From: Chloroflexota bacterium
Lineage (GTDB): Bacteria; Chloroflexota; Limnocylindria; P2-11E
Assembly (NCBI GenBank): GCA_005889075.1
Contig: VBDQ01000030.1
Location: forward strand, 13,064-77,063
Reading direction: 5' to 3'
DNA length: 64,000 nt
This document shows, in pieces, positions 26,978 through 36,709 of the stretch; the first letter of the stretch is position 1, and the number at the start of each line of letters is the position of its first letter. The notes beneath the pieces are model-generated. The model was not told the origin of the DNA and made no database searches. It saw only the letters and a list, made by a program, of their open reading frames with translations. The position numbers and the translations under genes were made by a program.

Positions 26978-27873
26978 TCCGGATCCATGCGGCGGGTGGC
27001 CGCGCGACGATCCAGGACGCCGGCCGGTTCGGCCACCTGCGCGAGGGACTCCCGCCCTCGGGGCCCGCCGATCCGAGCGCGTTCTTTGCCGCGCAGTGGC
27101 TCGTCGGGAACGACGGATCCGCGGCGGCGATCGAAGTCGTCGGCTCACCGTTCGTCTTCTCCTGCGAGGATCGCCGGCTCATCGCGGTCACCGGACGCGA
27201 GGTCGCGCTGCGATCGCGAGACCGACTTCCCGGATGGACGGCGGCGTTCGTCCGACCGGACGAGGAGATCACGGTCATCGCGTCCGAGCGCACGCGCTTT
27301 GCTTACGTTGCGGTCTCCGGTGGGATCGCGACCGAGCCCGTCCTCGGGAGTCGCGCGACATACCTCCCAGCCGGCCTCGGTCACCTCGTGCGCACCGGCG
27401 ACAGCTGGCCGCTCGGCCCCGCCCGCGTCGACCCCACCGGAGCGGGCCGTACCGCGAAAGCGCCCGAGTACCAGGACGAATTCGTACGCGCCATCACGGG
27501 CCCCCACGTCGAGCGTTTCACCGACCAGGAAGCGGAGGGGTTCTTCTCGTCTCAATTCATCGTCGATGCGATGAGCGACCGGATGGCGACGCGCCTATTG
27601 GGGAATCTTGTCCGATCGCGTGGCGGCGAGATCCTGACGTGCGGGGTCATCGCGGGCGCGGTGCAGGTCCCGTCCGGGGGACAACCCATCATCCTGTTGG
27701 CGGAGCATCAGGTGACCGGCGGTTATCCGGTGATCGCGACGGTCATCACGGCGGATCTCGGGCGCGTGGCTCAGCGTCTTCCCGGCGAGCCGCTTCGTTT
27801 TGCCCGAGTCGAGCGAGACCGGGCGACGGATGCTCTGCGCGGCGAGCGCATGACGTCAGGGCCGAGCGCGTGA
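26974..27873 (+). CDS. pxpC: 5-oxoprolinase subunit C (KipA / allophanate hydrolase subunit 2 family)
   Basis: GTGA is coupled at 26974. Contains TIQDAGRFGHLREGLPPSGPADP...TGGYPVIATVI. Confidence 0.85.
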   Translation: MIRIHAAGGRATIQDAGRFGHLREGLPPSGPADPSAFFAAQWLVGNDGSAAAIEVVGSPFVFSCEDRRLIAVTGREVALRSRDRLPGWTAAFVRPDEEITVIASERTRFAYVAVSGGIATEPVLGSRATYLPAGLGHLVRTGDSWPLGPARVDPTGAGRTAKAPEYQDEFVRAITGPHVERFTDQEAEGFFSSQFIVDAMSDRMATRLLGNLVRSRGGEILTCGVIAGAVQVPSGGQPIILLAEHQVTGGYPVIATVITADLGRVAQRLPGEPLRFARVERDRATDALRGERMTSGPSA

Positions 27874-28295
27874 CGCAGGGCGACGATCTCCAGCGCCGCG
27901 TCCATCGCCTCGGCGCCGACGTTCCGCTCACGACCGGAGCGAGCCTGCGCCTGCTCGACGTTCTCGCAGGTGAGGATGCCGAAGGGGATCGCGACCTCGA
28001 GTCTTGTCGCGAGATCCGCCAAAGCGCTCGCCACCGCGTGGGCGAGCACGTCGAAATGCGGGGTCTCTCCGCGTATCAGGCAGCCAAGCGGCACGACCGC
28101 GTCAAAGCGGCCGGTCGCGGCGATCCCGGCGACTGCGGGCGGAAGCTCGAACGAGCCGGCGACCTCGAATTCCTCGACTTCCGCCCGGAGCGCCAGCGCC
28201 CGGGCGGTCGCTCCCTGTGCCAGGCGACGGGTGATCTCGTCGTTCCAGCGGGCACGCACGATCGCCACCCGGGCGCCGACAAACCCGTTTCTCAC
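27771..28295 (-). CDS. ribH: 6,7-dimethyl-8-ribityllumazine synthase
   Basis: Contains RVAIVRARWNDEIT...VAGSFELP...VPLGCLIRGETPHFD...IPFGILT. The start is GTG 28295. The 3' tail overlaps pxpC by 103 nt in convergent orientation. Confidence 0.85.
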   Translation of the reverse strand: MRNGFVGARVAIVRARWNDEITRRLAQGATARALALRAEVEEFEVAGSFELPPAVAGIAATGRFDAVVPLGCLIRGETPHFDVLAHAVASALADLATRLEVAIPFGILTCENVEQAQARSGRERNVGAEAMDAALEIVALRHALGPDVMRSPRRASVARSRSTRAKRSGSPGRR

Positions 28296-28357
28296 TCTGG
28301 CGGGCGACTTCCCACGCAGCGACACTTGGCGCAATCTAGCCCACGTATGACGCCCCT

Positions 28358-29962
28358 TTGGGCTGCCAGGTGACCGAGGAAGTCGACCCACGCCTTATCG
28401 CTCTCGGGCTGGTCCCGGCACCGCCGGGCTGGCGAGAGCAGCAGGCGCACCAGGCGTTCGCCGCGGAGCCAGCCGCCCCGAATCCGTTCGCCACAGCAGC
28501 GCCGCCCGCACCGCCCGCGGCGCAGGTGCCGACGTCGGCCCCGGCTGAGATGTTCCCCGGCATGGGCAAGTTCACCGGGATGCCGGCTGAGACGGGCCAG
28601 CCAATATGGGAAGTGCCGGCACCCGTCACGCCTGCTCCCGCGCAGCCGCAGTGGACCACTCCACAGTTCACCGCGCCGGCGGTTGAGACTCCGCCCGCTC
28701 CGCTCGCGTTCGTCGCGCCGGCCGTCGCGGCCCCGGTCGCGCCTCCCATGCCGGAGGCACCGCTCCGCGAGGCGCCGCCCCCGCTGCCGCCGCTCGCCGC
28801 CGCGATGCCCGCCCCCGCAGTAGCCGTCGAGGCGCCGGCGCTTCCCAAGAAGCGCGAGAAGGCTCCGAAGGAAAAGAAAGAAAAGAAGGAGAAGGCGCCA
28901 AGCGTCGCCAGGGCGCCGAAGGCCCAAAGGGCCGCGGCGCCGGTAAAGCCGCGCTATCAGCTGCCGCCAAGTGGAGTCTTGCTGCGCGGTCCAGTGGTCA
29001 TGGGTTACCCGGAGAAGACGCTCCAGATCACGCTCGAGCAGCTCGGCTTTCGCATCAACGCCAGGGAATCGATCGAGGTCCCATGGGGCAACGTCAAGAA
29101 GATCGAGTCGCGGCGCGGACGCGTTCTTGTGCGCGTCAAGAACGGGCGCCCGATCGCGTTCGGGATACCGGTCGAGGGTGTCTCGGAGCCGATCCTCGCC
29201 GGTCCGTTGTCCCGAGTCGTGAAGGAAGCGAGCAGCGGAAACCTCGATCTCGCGGGTAGCGCTTTCCTCGAGCTTCAGAACGCGACCGATTCTCTTCGCG
29301 ATCGCTTCCACGACGAGGACGATCCGCTGATCCCGACGGTCGTTGGCCTCGTGTTCGTCCTCGCCGGACTCACGGTGAGCGCGCTGCTTCCGGACATCCT
29401 CGCGATCGCGACGCGCACTCCTGTCGGGCCCGGCGCCTACCTCGTCGACTCGCCGCTCGCGCTGATCGATCCGCGGATCCTTGCCGCCTCGTTCGCGGCC
29501 GGAGCGATGCTCGCAGCCGGCGTGGTGCGTGTGGCGATGGGCAAGGGTGCGACCGCCTGGGCCCGCGGGACGCTGCGCGGCTGGCACGGCGGAGGTCGAC
29601 GAATCGTCGACCTCGCCTCCCGCGGTCTTGCCGCGATCGTGCTGAGCCCTGCGCTCGCCGCGGCGCTACTCCTTGGATCGATCGTGCTATCGCTTCCAAG
29701 CACCCGGGTTCAGACGGTCATCGACCAGAGCGGCTTCCACTTGATGTCGGCAGTGCCGTTCTTCGACGACGACCGCGCGTGGTCGACCGTCACGAAGATC
29801 GATACGGTGCCAGCCCCGACACAACAGCACTTCGAAGGAATAGCGGTCGTCTTCACGTTCAACAATCGCTCGCCGGTCTCGACCCTCGATGGCCACCTCC
29901 GCGGCGGCACCGACAAGCAGCTCTTCGACGCCGCTAACAAGTGGTGGGAGGACGCGCGCTAA
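28358..29962 (+). CDS. Hypothetical membrane protein: Pro/Ala-rich N-terminus, KEKKEKKEK tract, PH-like domains flanking TM helices
   Basis: A long frame of normal composition, while the antisense frame is Arg-rich junk. TATGAC-N6-TTG lies at 28346-28360. I recognise no family. Confidence 0.7.
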   Translation: MGCQVTEEVDPRLIALGLVPAPPGWREQQAHQAFAAEPAAPNPFATAAPPAPPAAQVPTSAPAEMFPGMGKFTGMPAETGQPIWEVPAPVTPAPAQPQWTTPQFTAPAVETPPAPLAFVAPAVAAPVAPPMPEAPLREAPPPLPPLAAAMPAPAVAVEAPALPKKREKAPKEKKEKKEKAPSVARAPKAQRAAAPVKPRYQLPPSGVLLRGPVVMGYPEKTLQITLEQLGFRINARESIEVPWGNVKKIESRRGRVLVRVKNGRPIAFGIPVEGVSEPILAGPLSRVVKEASSGNLDLAGSAFLELQNATDSLRDRFHDEDDPLIPTVVGLVFVLAGLTVSALLPDILAIATRTPVGPGAYLVDSPLALIDPRILAASFAAGAMLAAGVVRVAMGKGATAWARGTLRGWHGGGRRIVDLASRGLAAIVLSPALAAALLLGSIVLSLPSTRVQTVIDQSGFHLMSAVPFFDDDRAWSTVTKIDTVPAPTQQHFEGIAVVFTFNNRSPVSTLDGHLRGGTDKQLFDAANKWWEDAR

Positions 29963-30155
29963 GGACTAGCCGCCAGCTCCGGCGTTCGACGCCGACGCGC
30001 TGCGGGTCCTGTCCCGGGTTCGGGGTTGCGCCCGAGCCTGCCGGTCCGCTCCCACCACAAGCATGAAACGCGCGGCGGCGCGGCCGGCCGACGGCTCGTA
30101 CGCAACCCGCTCACCCGTGCCACCCGAGCGCATCGGCTGCGAGCCGGTGACGCTG

Positions 30156-31430
30156 CTAGTCCTTGCTGTCGATGACAGTGAGGAGATGCCCGAGCTTGGT
30201 GCGTTTCGTGGCTAGATAGCTTCGGTTCGTCGCCCGCGGGGGTATCTCGATTGGCACCCGCTCGATGATCTCGAGACCGGGATAGAGCGAGACGAGCTTG
30301 TGCGGGTTGTTCGTCAGGATCCGAGCCTTCCGCACTCCGAGGTCCATGAGGATCTGCACGCCGATTCCATATTCGCGCTGATCGGCCTTGAAGCCGAGCC
30401 GTTCGTTGGCCTCGACCGTGTCGAGACCCTGATCCTGCAGCGCGTACGCGCGAAGCTTGTTCATGAGTCCGATGCCGCGGCCTTCCTGTCGCAGATAAAG
30501 GAATACGCCGCGGCCTTCCTTCGCGATCCGTGAGAGCGCCGCCTCGAGCTGTTCGCGGCAATCGCAGCGTTGCGAGCCGAAGACATGACCGGTGAGGCAT
30601 TCAGAGTCGACGCGCACGAGGATCGGCTCTCCGTTCGTCACGTCGCCCATCGTGAGTGCGACGTGCTCGGCCTCGGTGTTGCCCACGCGCGCGCGATAAC
30701 CGTGGACGGTGAACTCGCCGTACTCCGTCGGCAGCTTCGCGGTTGCGACACGCTCGACGAGCTTCTCGCCGGCCATCCGGTGAGCGATCAGGTCCTTCAC
30801 CGTGATGAGCCGCAGACCGTGGCGCCTGGCAAAGCGTTTGAGCTCGGGGACGCGGGACATGGAGCCGTCGGGATTTGTCATCTCGCAGATCACCCCGACC
30901 GGTGCGAGGCCGGCGAGCCGGCAAAGGTCGACCGCGGCCTCGGTCTGGCCAGCGCGAACGAGCACGCCACCCTCCCGTGCCTGGAGCGGGAAGATGTGTC
31001 CGGGCTTGACGAGGTCGTGCGATTTGGTGGTGGGATCGGCGAGAAGCCGGATCGTCCTCGCGCGGTCCGTCGCACTGATGCCGGTCGTGACGCCGTCGCG
31101 AGCGTCGACACTGACGGTGAACGCGGTGCCGAGGCGGGCCTCGTTGCGCGAGACCATTTGTGGAAGATCGAGCTCATCCAGGCGCTCCACGGTCATCGGC
31201 ACGCAGATGACGCCGCTGGCGTGTTTACGGATGAACGCCACGTTCTCGGAGGTGCAGAGCTGCGCGGCCATCGTCAGGTCGCCCTCGTTCTCGCGGTCTT
31301 CGTCGTCGACGACGATCACCATCCGCCCACCGGCGATATCGCGAATAGCTTCTTCAACGGTCGCGAAGGGCGCCTGGCGCGACGCGACCAGCTTCGGTCG
31401 CACTGCGGCTCTCGGAGATCGTGCCTTCAT
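30156..31430 (-). CDS. ribBA: Bifunctional 3,4-dihydroxy-2-butanone-4-phosphate synthase / GTP cyclohydrolase II
   Basis: Contains [13 protein letters not shown]...[19 protein letters not shown]...[11 protein letters not shown]. Confidence 0.92.
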   Translation of the reverse strand: MKARSPRAAVRPKLVASRQAPFATVEEAIRDIAGGRMVIVVDDEDRENEGDLTMAAQLCTSENVAFIRKHASGVICVPMTVERLDELDLPQMVSRNEARLGTAFTVSVDARDGVTTGISATDRARTIRLLADPTTKSHDLVKPGHIFPLQAREGGVLVRAGQTEAAVDLCRLAGLAPVGVICEMTNPDGSMSRVPELKRFARRHGLRLITVKDLIAHRMAGEKLVERVATAKLPTEYGEFTVHGYRARVGNTEAEHVALTMGDVTNGEPILVRVDSECLTGHVFGSQRCDCREQLEAALSRIAKEGRGVFLYLRQEGRGIGLMNKLRAYALQDQGLDTVEANERLGFKADQREYGIGVQILMDLGVRKARILTNNPHKLVSLYPGLEIIERVPIEIPPRATNRSYLATKRTKLGHLLTVIDSKD

Positions 31431-31451
31431 CGCTTCAAGTGTAGGCGGCGG

Positions 31452-32045
31452 TCAGCGTCTCCCGACCAGGCGCTCGACGTACTTGGCGACGACGTCGCTC
31501 TCGAGATTCACGACATCGCCTTCACGAAGCGCGCCGAGCGTGGTCCGCTCCGCGGTGTGTGGGATCAGCGCGATGTCGAAGGAGCTCCTCCCGAGCGCGG
31601 CGATCGTGAGCGAGACACCGTCGATCGTCACGAATCCCTTCATGACGAGATAGCGCGCGAGCGCCTTCGGTAGGGCAAACCGCAGGCGCGCAGCACCGCC
31701 ACCCTCTTCTTTTCGCGACACCAGCTTGGTCGTCGTATCCACGTGGCCCTGGACGAGATGTCCACCGAGCGCGGTGGAAGGTGTGGCCGCGCGCTCGAGG
31801 TTCACGCGCGTGCCACGCATCGCTTTGCCGAGCGTCGTCCGCGCTGCTGTCTCGGCAACGACGTCCACCGCGAAGTGATGATCGTCGCGCTCGACGACGG
31901 TCAGGCAAGCACCGGCTACGTTGACGCTGGAGTCGACCGTGAGATCCTCGACGACTCGCGTCGAAGCGATCTCGAGGCGCGACCCCGATGAGGTCGTCGA
32001 TGCGTGCCGGATCGTGCCGATCTCCTCGACGATGCCGGTGAACAT
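31452..32045 (-). CDS. ribE: Riboflavin synthase alpha chain
   Basis: Contains MFTGIVEEIGTI...GHLVQGHVD...GFVTIDGVSLT. Confidence 0.92.
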   Translation of the reverse strand: MFTGIVEEIGTIRHASTTSSGSRLEIASTRVVEDLTVDSSVNVAGACLTVVERDDHHFAVDVVAETAARTTLGKAMRGTRVNLERAATPSTALGGHLVQGHVDTTTKLVSRKEEGGGAARLRFALPKALARYLVMKGFVTIDGVSLTIAALGRSSFDIALIPHTAERTTLGALREGDVVNLESDVVAKYVERLVGRR

Positions 32046-33116
32046 CTAGGCCAACGTCCCCTCGACCGCAACGTCGTCGCCGAGACGACGAACGCGGACG
32101 TCGTGAAGATCGGCGGCGCCAGCAACGCCGTCGAAGGCAGGCGGGCCTTCACCTCCGGCGATGGGCGAGAGAAGCAACAGCAGGCGATCGGCGAGCTTTG
32201 CGCGGACCAGCGCTCCAGCGACGCGCGGTCCGGCTTCGGAGAGCACGGTATTGACGCCGTTCTCGCCGAGCCAGCGAAGGACCGCGCCAAGGTCCAGCCC
32301 GCCGTCAGCGCGTGGCACGGTCGCGAGGAGGACGCCCGCGTCGCGAAGACGGTTCGTCCGCCGCGCGTCGGCGTCGCGTGCGACGAAGATCATCGTGCGC
32401 TGCGGATCCTTCGCGCGCACGACCTTCGCGTTCGCCGGCGTCCGGGCGTCGGTGTCGACGATCACGCGGAGCGGGTCGCGACCCCTGATCTCGCGCACCG
32501 TCAGTGCGGGATCATCGGCGATGACCGTCCCGACGCCGACGAGGACCGCGTCGAAACGGTCGCGCAGCTTGTGCACCTCACGCAACGCCGGCTTCCCCGA
32601 CAGGTAGCGCCGGCCTTTCACCGCGGCCCGGCCGTCCAGCGTCGTCGCCATCTTCACCAGTACATGTGGCCGGCCTCGCGTCACCCGCGAGATGAAGCCG
32701 GCGTTCAGCCGCTCGGCCTCCTCGCGCAAGACCCCCTCCGTGACCTCGATGCCCGCGGCACGAAGGGCGCGGATCCCGCGGCCGTCGTTGCGTGGGTCCG
32801 GGTCGCGCATCGCTGCGACGACGCGAGCGATCCCGGCCTGGCGGACCGCATCGACGCAGGGCGGCGTGCGGCCGTGATGGACGCACGGCTCGAGCGTCAC
32901 GTAGAGCGTCGCGCCGCGCGCGCCGGCGCCCGCCTTCGCGAGGGCGTTGACTTCGGCGTGCGGTTCGCCGGCCGCGTGGTGGTAGCCCTCTCCGATGATG
33001 CGATCGTCCGCGACGACGATCGCGCCGACCATGGGATTCGGACTGGTCCGGCCGGCAGCGCGCGCCGCGAGGCGCAACGCCCGTCGCGTGTATGCCGCGT
33101 CGGACTCCTCGCTCAC
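32046..33116 (-). CDS. ribD: Bifunctional riboflavin biosynthesis deaminase/reductase
   Basis: Contains GEPHAEVNAL...TLEPCVHHGRTPPC plus the reductase domain. The stop abuts the ribE start. Confidence 0.9.
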   Translation of the reverse strand: MSEESDAAYTRRALRLAARAAGRTSPNPMVGAIVVADDRIIGEGYHHAAGEPHAEVNALAKAGAGARGATLYVTLEPCVHHGRTPPCVDAVRQAGIARVVAAMRDPDPRNDGRGIRALRAAGIEVTEGVLREEAERLNAGFISRVTRGRPHVLVKMATTLDGRAAVKGRRYLSGKPALREVHKLRDRFDAVLVGVGTVIADDPALTVREIRGRDPLRVIVDTDARTPANAKVVRAKDPQRTMIFVARDADARRTNRLRDAGVLLATVPRADGGLDLGAVLRWLGENGVNTVLSEAGPRVAGALVRAKLADRLLLLLSPIAGGEGPPAFDGVAGAADLHDVRVRRLGDDVAVEGTLA

Positions 33117-33140
33117 GGCTGGTAGTCTGCGGCCTCACCG

Positions 33141-34424
33141 ATGGCTGTCCTCCAGATGCCGAGCCCGACCAACCCCGGCCACGAGCTCCTCCAGTCGGCT
33201 CTCGCTCAGCTCGACCGTGCCGCGAAGGCGCTCGGGCTCGACGCCGGACTGCATCGCTATCTGCGGCAGGCCGAGCGGACGCTGATCGTCGCATTGCCGG
33301 TGACGTGCGACGACGGCCACCTCGAGGTCTTCACTGGCTACCGCGTGCAGCATTCGACGGCGCGCGGACCGGGTAAGGGCGGCATCCGCTTCCATCAATC
33401 GGTGACGCTCGACGAGATAAGCGGCCTCGCGATGCTCATGACCTTCAAGTGCGCGGTCACCGATCTGCCGCTCGGCGGCGCCAAGGGCGGGGTCGCCGTC
33501 GATCCGCGCCGGCTCTCGAGGAACGAGGTCCAGCGGCTCACGAAGCGCTACACCGCGGCGATCCTTCCCATCATCGGGCCGGAGCAAGACATTCCGGCAC
33601 CCGACGTGAACACCGACGAGCAGACCATGGCCTGGATCGTCGACACCGTCACGATGATGACCGGCAAGCATTCGCCCGAGGTCGTGACGGGAAAGCCCGT
33701 CGACCTGGGCGGCTCGCGGGGCCGCACCGAAGCGACAGGACGCGGCGTGGCGTTCGTCACCCTGGAGGTCCTGCGCCGGCAAGGGACGCGGCCGGACGCG
33801 ACGCGCGTCGCGGTCCAGGGCTTTGGCAACGTGGGGAGCGTGACGGCGAAGGCCCTCGCGCAAGCCGGATGCAAGATCGTCGCGATCTCCGACGTGAGCG
33901 GCGGCTACGCATCGGCGGCGGGAATCGACATCGAGCGCGCCATCGAACACGCGCGGCGCAACGCGCAACGGACGCTCGAGGGCTTCGGCGGAGTCTCGCG
34001 CATCTCGAATGCCGAGCTGCTCGCGTCGGACGTGGACGTCTTGATTCCGGCGGCGCTCGAGGGTCAGATCACGGGCGAGAACGTGAGCGAGATCCGAGCT
34101 CCGATCATCGTGGAGGGCGCGAATGGCCCGGTGACCGCCGAAGCCGACCGCATGCTCGCCGATCGCGGCGTGCTGATCGTGCCGGACATCCTCGCGAACG
34201 CCGGCGGCGTGGTCGTCAGCTACTTCGAGTGGGTCCAGAGCCGCGCGCAGTTCTACTGGGAGCTCGAGGAAGTGGAGACGAGGCTCGAGATCTACATGCG
34301 CCGGGCGATGGAGCTCGTCCTCGCCAAAGCGAAGGCGTACGACTGCCCCCCACGCGAGGCCGCGTTCATCGTTGCGGTCGACCGCGTCGCCAGCGCGATC
34401 AGCAAGCGGGGGATCTTCCCGTAA
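33141..34424 (+). CDS. gdhA: Glutamate dehydrogenase (Glu/Leu/Phe/Val dehydrogenase family)
   Basis: Contains GPGKGGIRFH...LPLGGAKGGV...GFGNVGS. Confidence 0.9.
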   Translation: MAVLQMPSPTNPGHELLQSALAQLDRAAKALGLDAGLHRYLRQAERTLIVALPVTCDDGHLEVFTGYRVQHSTARGPGKGGIRFHQSVTLDEISGLAMLMTFKCAVTDLPLGGAKGGVAVDPRRLSRNEVQRLTKRYTAAILPIIGPEQDIPAPDVNTDEQTMAWIVDTVTMMTGKHSPEVVTGKPVDLGGSRGRTEATGRGVAFVTLEVLRRQGTRPDATRVAVQGFGNVGSVTAKALAQAGCKIVAISDVSGGYASAAGIDIERAIEHARRNAQRTLEGFGGVSRISNAELLASDVDVLIPAALEGQITGENVSEIRAPIIVEGANGPVTAEADRMLADRGVLIVPDILANAGGVVVSYFEWVQSRAQFYWELEEVETRLEIYMRRAMELVLAKAKAYDCPPREAAFIVAVDRVASAISKRGIFP

Positions 34425-34428
34425 GCCT

Positions 34429-35641
34429 ATGCCACCACCGGTCCGCTACGCACAAAGCGGGGGCTTGCAGATCGCATATCAGATTACGGGTTCGAAGCCG
34501 GTCGACCTCGTCTGGACGACTGGGGCCTCCTCCAACCTTGATCTGTTCTGGGAGCAGCCTCTATTCATCAGGCTCTTCGAGCGTTTGGCTTCGTTCAGCC
34601 GCTTCATCATCTTTGACAAACGTGGCACCGGCCTTTCTGATCGGCCCGACCACCTCGCCACTCTGGAGGAGCGGATCGACGACATCCGGGCTGTAATGGA
34701 CGCGGCGGGTAGCGAGCGGGCGCACATCCTCGGGGTCAGTGAAGGCGGCTCGATGGCGATCCTCTTTGCAGCGACCTATCCCCAACGGACGCGCTCGCTC
34801 ATCCTGCACGGGACGATGCCTCGGTGGTCGTGGGCGCCAGACTGGCCGTGGGGCGAGAAGCAGGCCGAAAACGAAGAATTCTGGCGCGACCGCGCGAAGC
34901 ACGACTTCGAGATCGACTTCGCGGGTCAAACGTGGCGCGAATGGGCTGGAGACGAGCTTTGGGACGATGCAGCTTTTTGTGAGTGGTGGGCACGATTTCG
35001 TCGCTCGGGTGGGACACCGGCCGCCCGGAAGGCGCTGGATGACATGAATCTCTTGCTCGATGTTCGTCCGGTGCTGCCAGCGATTCAGACCCCGACGCTC
35101 GTGACCATCCGCGAGAACGACCCGGTCGCACCTCTCGATGCCGTCCGGACGTATTCAGCCCAAATCCCGAACGCCACGCTCAAGGTCTTTCGGGGGCGCG
35201 GTCATCTGCTCGGAGGTGTCTGGGACGAATGGGCAACCGCGGTCGAGGAGTTCATCACTGGGAACACGAGGGTCGTGCCGACAAATCGTTTCCTCGCGAC
35301 GCTCGCCGCAGCCGACATCGTTGGTTCGACGCAGCTGATCGCGAGGATCGGAGACCGCGCGTGGCGCGACACGCCGCTCCGTCTTAGGCGAAGACAAAAC
35401 GATCGGACTCGAGACTCGCGCCGGAATACACACGGGGGAGATCGAGCTTGCTGGGATTGCCGTCCGGGGAATGGCTGTCCACATTGCCTCTCGCATCAGC
35501 GCGCTCGCCCTCCCCGGCGAGGTACTCGTGTCCAGCACAGTCCGCGATCTCGTCGCCGGTTCGGGCTTTGACTTCGTCGACCGCGGCCTGCACGAGCTCA
35601 AAGGAGTCCCGGAAACGAAGCACGTATTCGCCGTGGCTTAG
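34429..35641 (+). pseudogene. Alpha/beta-hydrolase fused to a broken class III adenylate/guanylate cyclase domain
   Basis: The hydrolase part is intact (GVSEGGSMA nucleophile elbow). The cyclase begins [28 protein letters not shown], then the frame is lost at about 35371-35405. The cyclase C-terminus [15 protein letters not shown]...[16 protein letters not shown] reads in another frame and ends at TAG 35639-35641. Confidence 0.75.
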
Positions 35642-35650
35642 CTATACCCG

Positions 35651-35688
35651 GTTGCATAATTATCCATGGCGCCGCATAATCTCTTGAT
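35651..35688 (+). promoter_or_regulatory. Putative tandem ARG boxes overlapping a sigma-70-like promoter for leaderless argC
   Basis: The two boxes are GTTGCATAATTATCCATG, gc, GCCGCATAATCTCTTGAT (18+2+18). The promoter reads TTGCAT (35652-35657), N17, CATAAT (35675-35680), N6, ATG 35687. argR is encoded in the same operon. Confidence 0.55.
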
Positions 35689-36709
35689 GCCCACGAACGT
35701 CGCGATCGTCGGAGCAACCGGGTATGCCGGCGGCGAGCTCGCCCGACTCGTCCTGCGTCACCCGGAGGCGCGACTTGTCGCCGCGGTCGCGCGCTCAGGC
35801 CAAGGCGAGCCACTGCGCAAGCTCCAACCGCACCTGCACGCGGCGCCCGATTCGCTCGTGGTCGGCTCCGACGTCGGCGACGCTGAGGTCGTCTTCACCG
35901 CGCTTCCTGCGGGTGAGGCCGCGAAGCAGGCCGGTACGTGGCTCGACGAGGGCCGCACGGTCATCGACATCGGCTCCGACTTTCGCTTGCGGGATCCCGT
36001 GCTCTACGAGCGCTGGTACGGTTACACGCATCCCGCGCCCGCGCTCCTCGCCGAAGCCATCTACGGCCTGACCGAGCTGGCCCGCGATCGGATCCGCGGC
36101 GCGCGGCTGATCGCGAACCCGGGCTGCTATCCGACCGCGGCGCTCCTCGCCCTGGCGCCCGCGCTGAAGGGCCGGCTCGTCGGCGACGAGATCATCGTCG
36201 ACGGGAAGACGGGCGTCTCGGGCGCGGGCCACAACATCGACGAGGCGTATCTCTTCGGCACGATCGACGAAAGCGTTCGGCCGTACGGTCTCCCGAAACA
36301 CCGGCACACGCCGGAGATCGTCCAAGAGGCGGCAGCGCTGCTGGGCGCCGCGCCGAAGCTGACGTTCACGCCACACCTTGTCCCGATGACGAGAGGCCTC
36401 ATCGCGACCTGCTACGCGCCGCTCAGCCGCGGCGCGACAGCGAAAGACATCGCCGATGCCTACGCGCGCGAGTACGCCGAGGAGCCGTTCATCCGGGTCA
36501 CCGACACCTACCCCGCGACGAAGGCGACTCTTGGCAGTAACTGGTGTCTCGTGCATGCCGTGGTCGACGAGGCGAACGCGCGGCTCGTGACCTTCGGTGT
36601 GCTCGACAACCTCGTGAAGGGTGCCGCGGGCTCGGCGCTTCAAAACTTCAACGCGCGCTTCGGCTATCCCGAGACGATGGGCCTCGAAGCGCTTCCACTG
36701 TGGCCGTGA
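35687..36709 (+). CDS. argC: N-acetyl-gamma-glutamyl-phosphate reductase
   Basis: Contains VAIVGATGYAGGEL...NPGCYPTA. I prefer ATG 35687 on promoter geometry. The track start is 35666. Confidence 0.9.
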   Translation: MPTNVAIVGATGYAGGELARLVLRHPEARLVAAVARSGQGEPLRKLQPHLHAAPDSLVVGSDVGDAEVVFTALPAGEAAKQAGTWLDEGRTVIDIGSDFRLRDPVLYERWYGYTHPAPALLAEAIYGLTELARDRIRGARLIANPGCYPTAALLALAPALKGRLVGDEIIVDGKTGVSGAGHNIDEAYLFGTIDESVRPYGLPKHRHTPEIVQEAAALLGAAPKLTFTPHLVPMTRGLIATCYAPLSRGATAKDIADAYAREYAEEPFIRVTDTYPATKATLGSNWCLVHAVVDEANARLVTFGVLDNLVKGAAGSALQNFNARFGYPETMGLEALPLWP

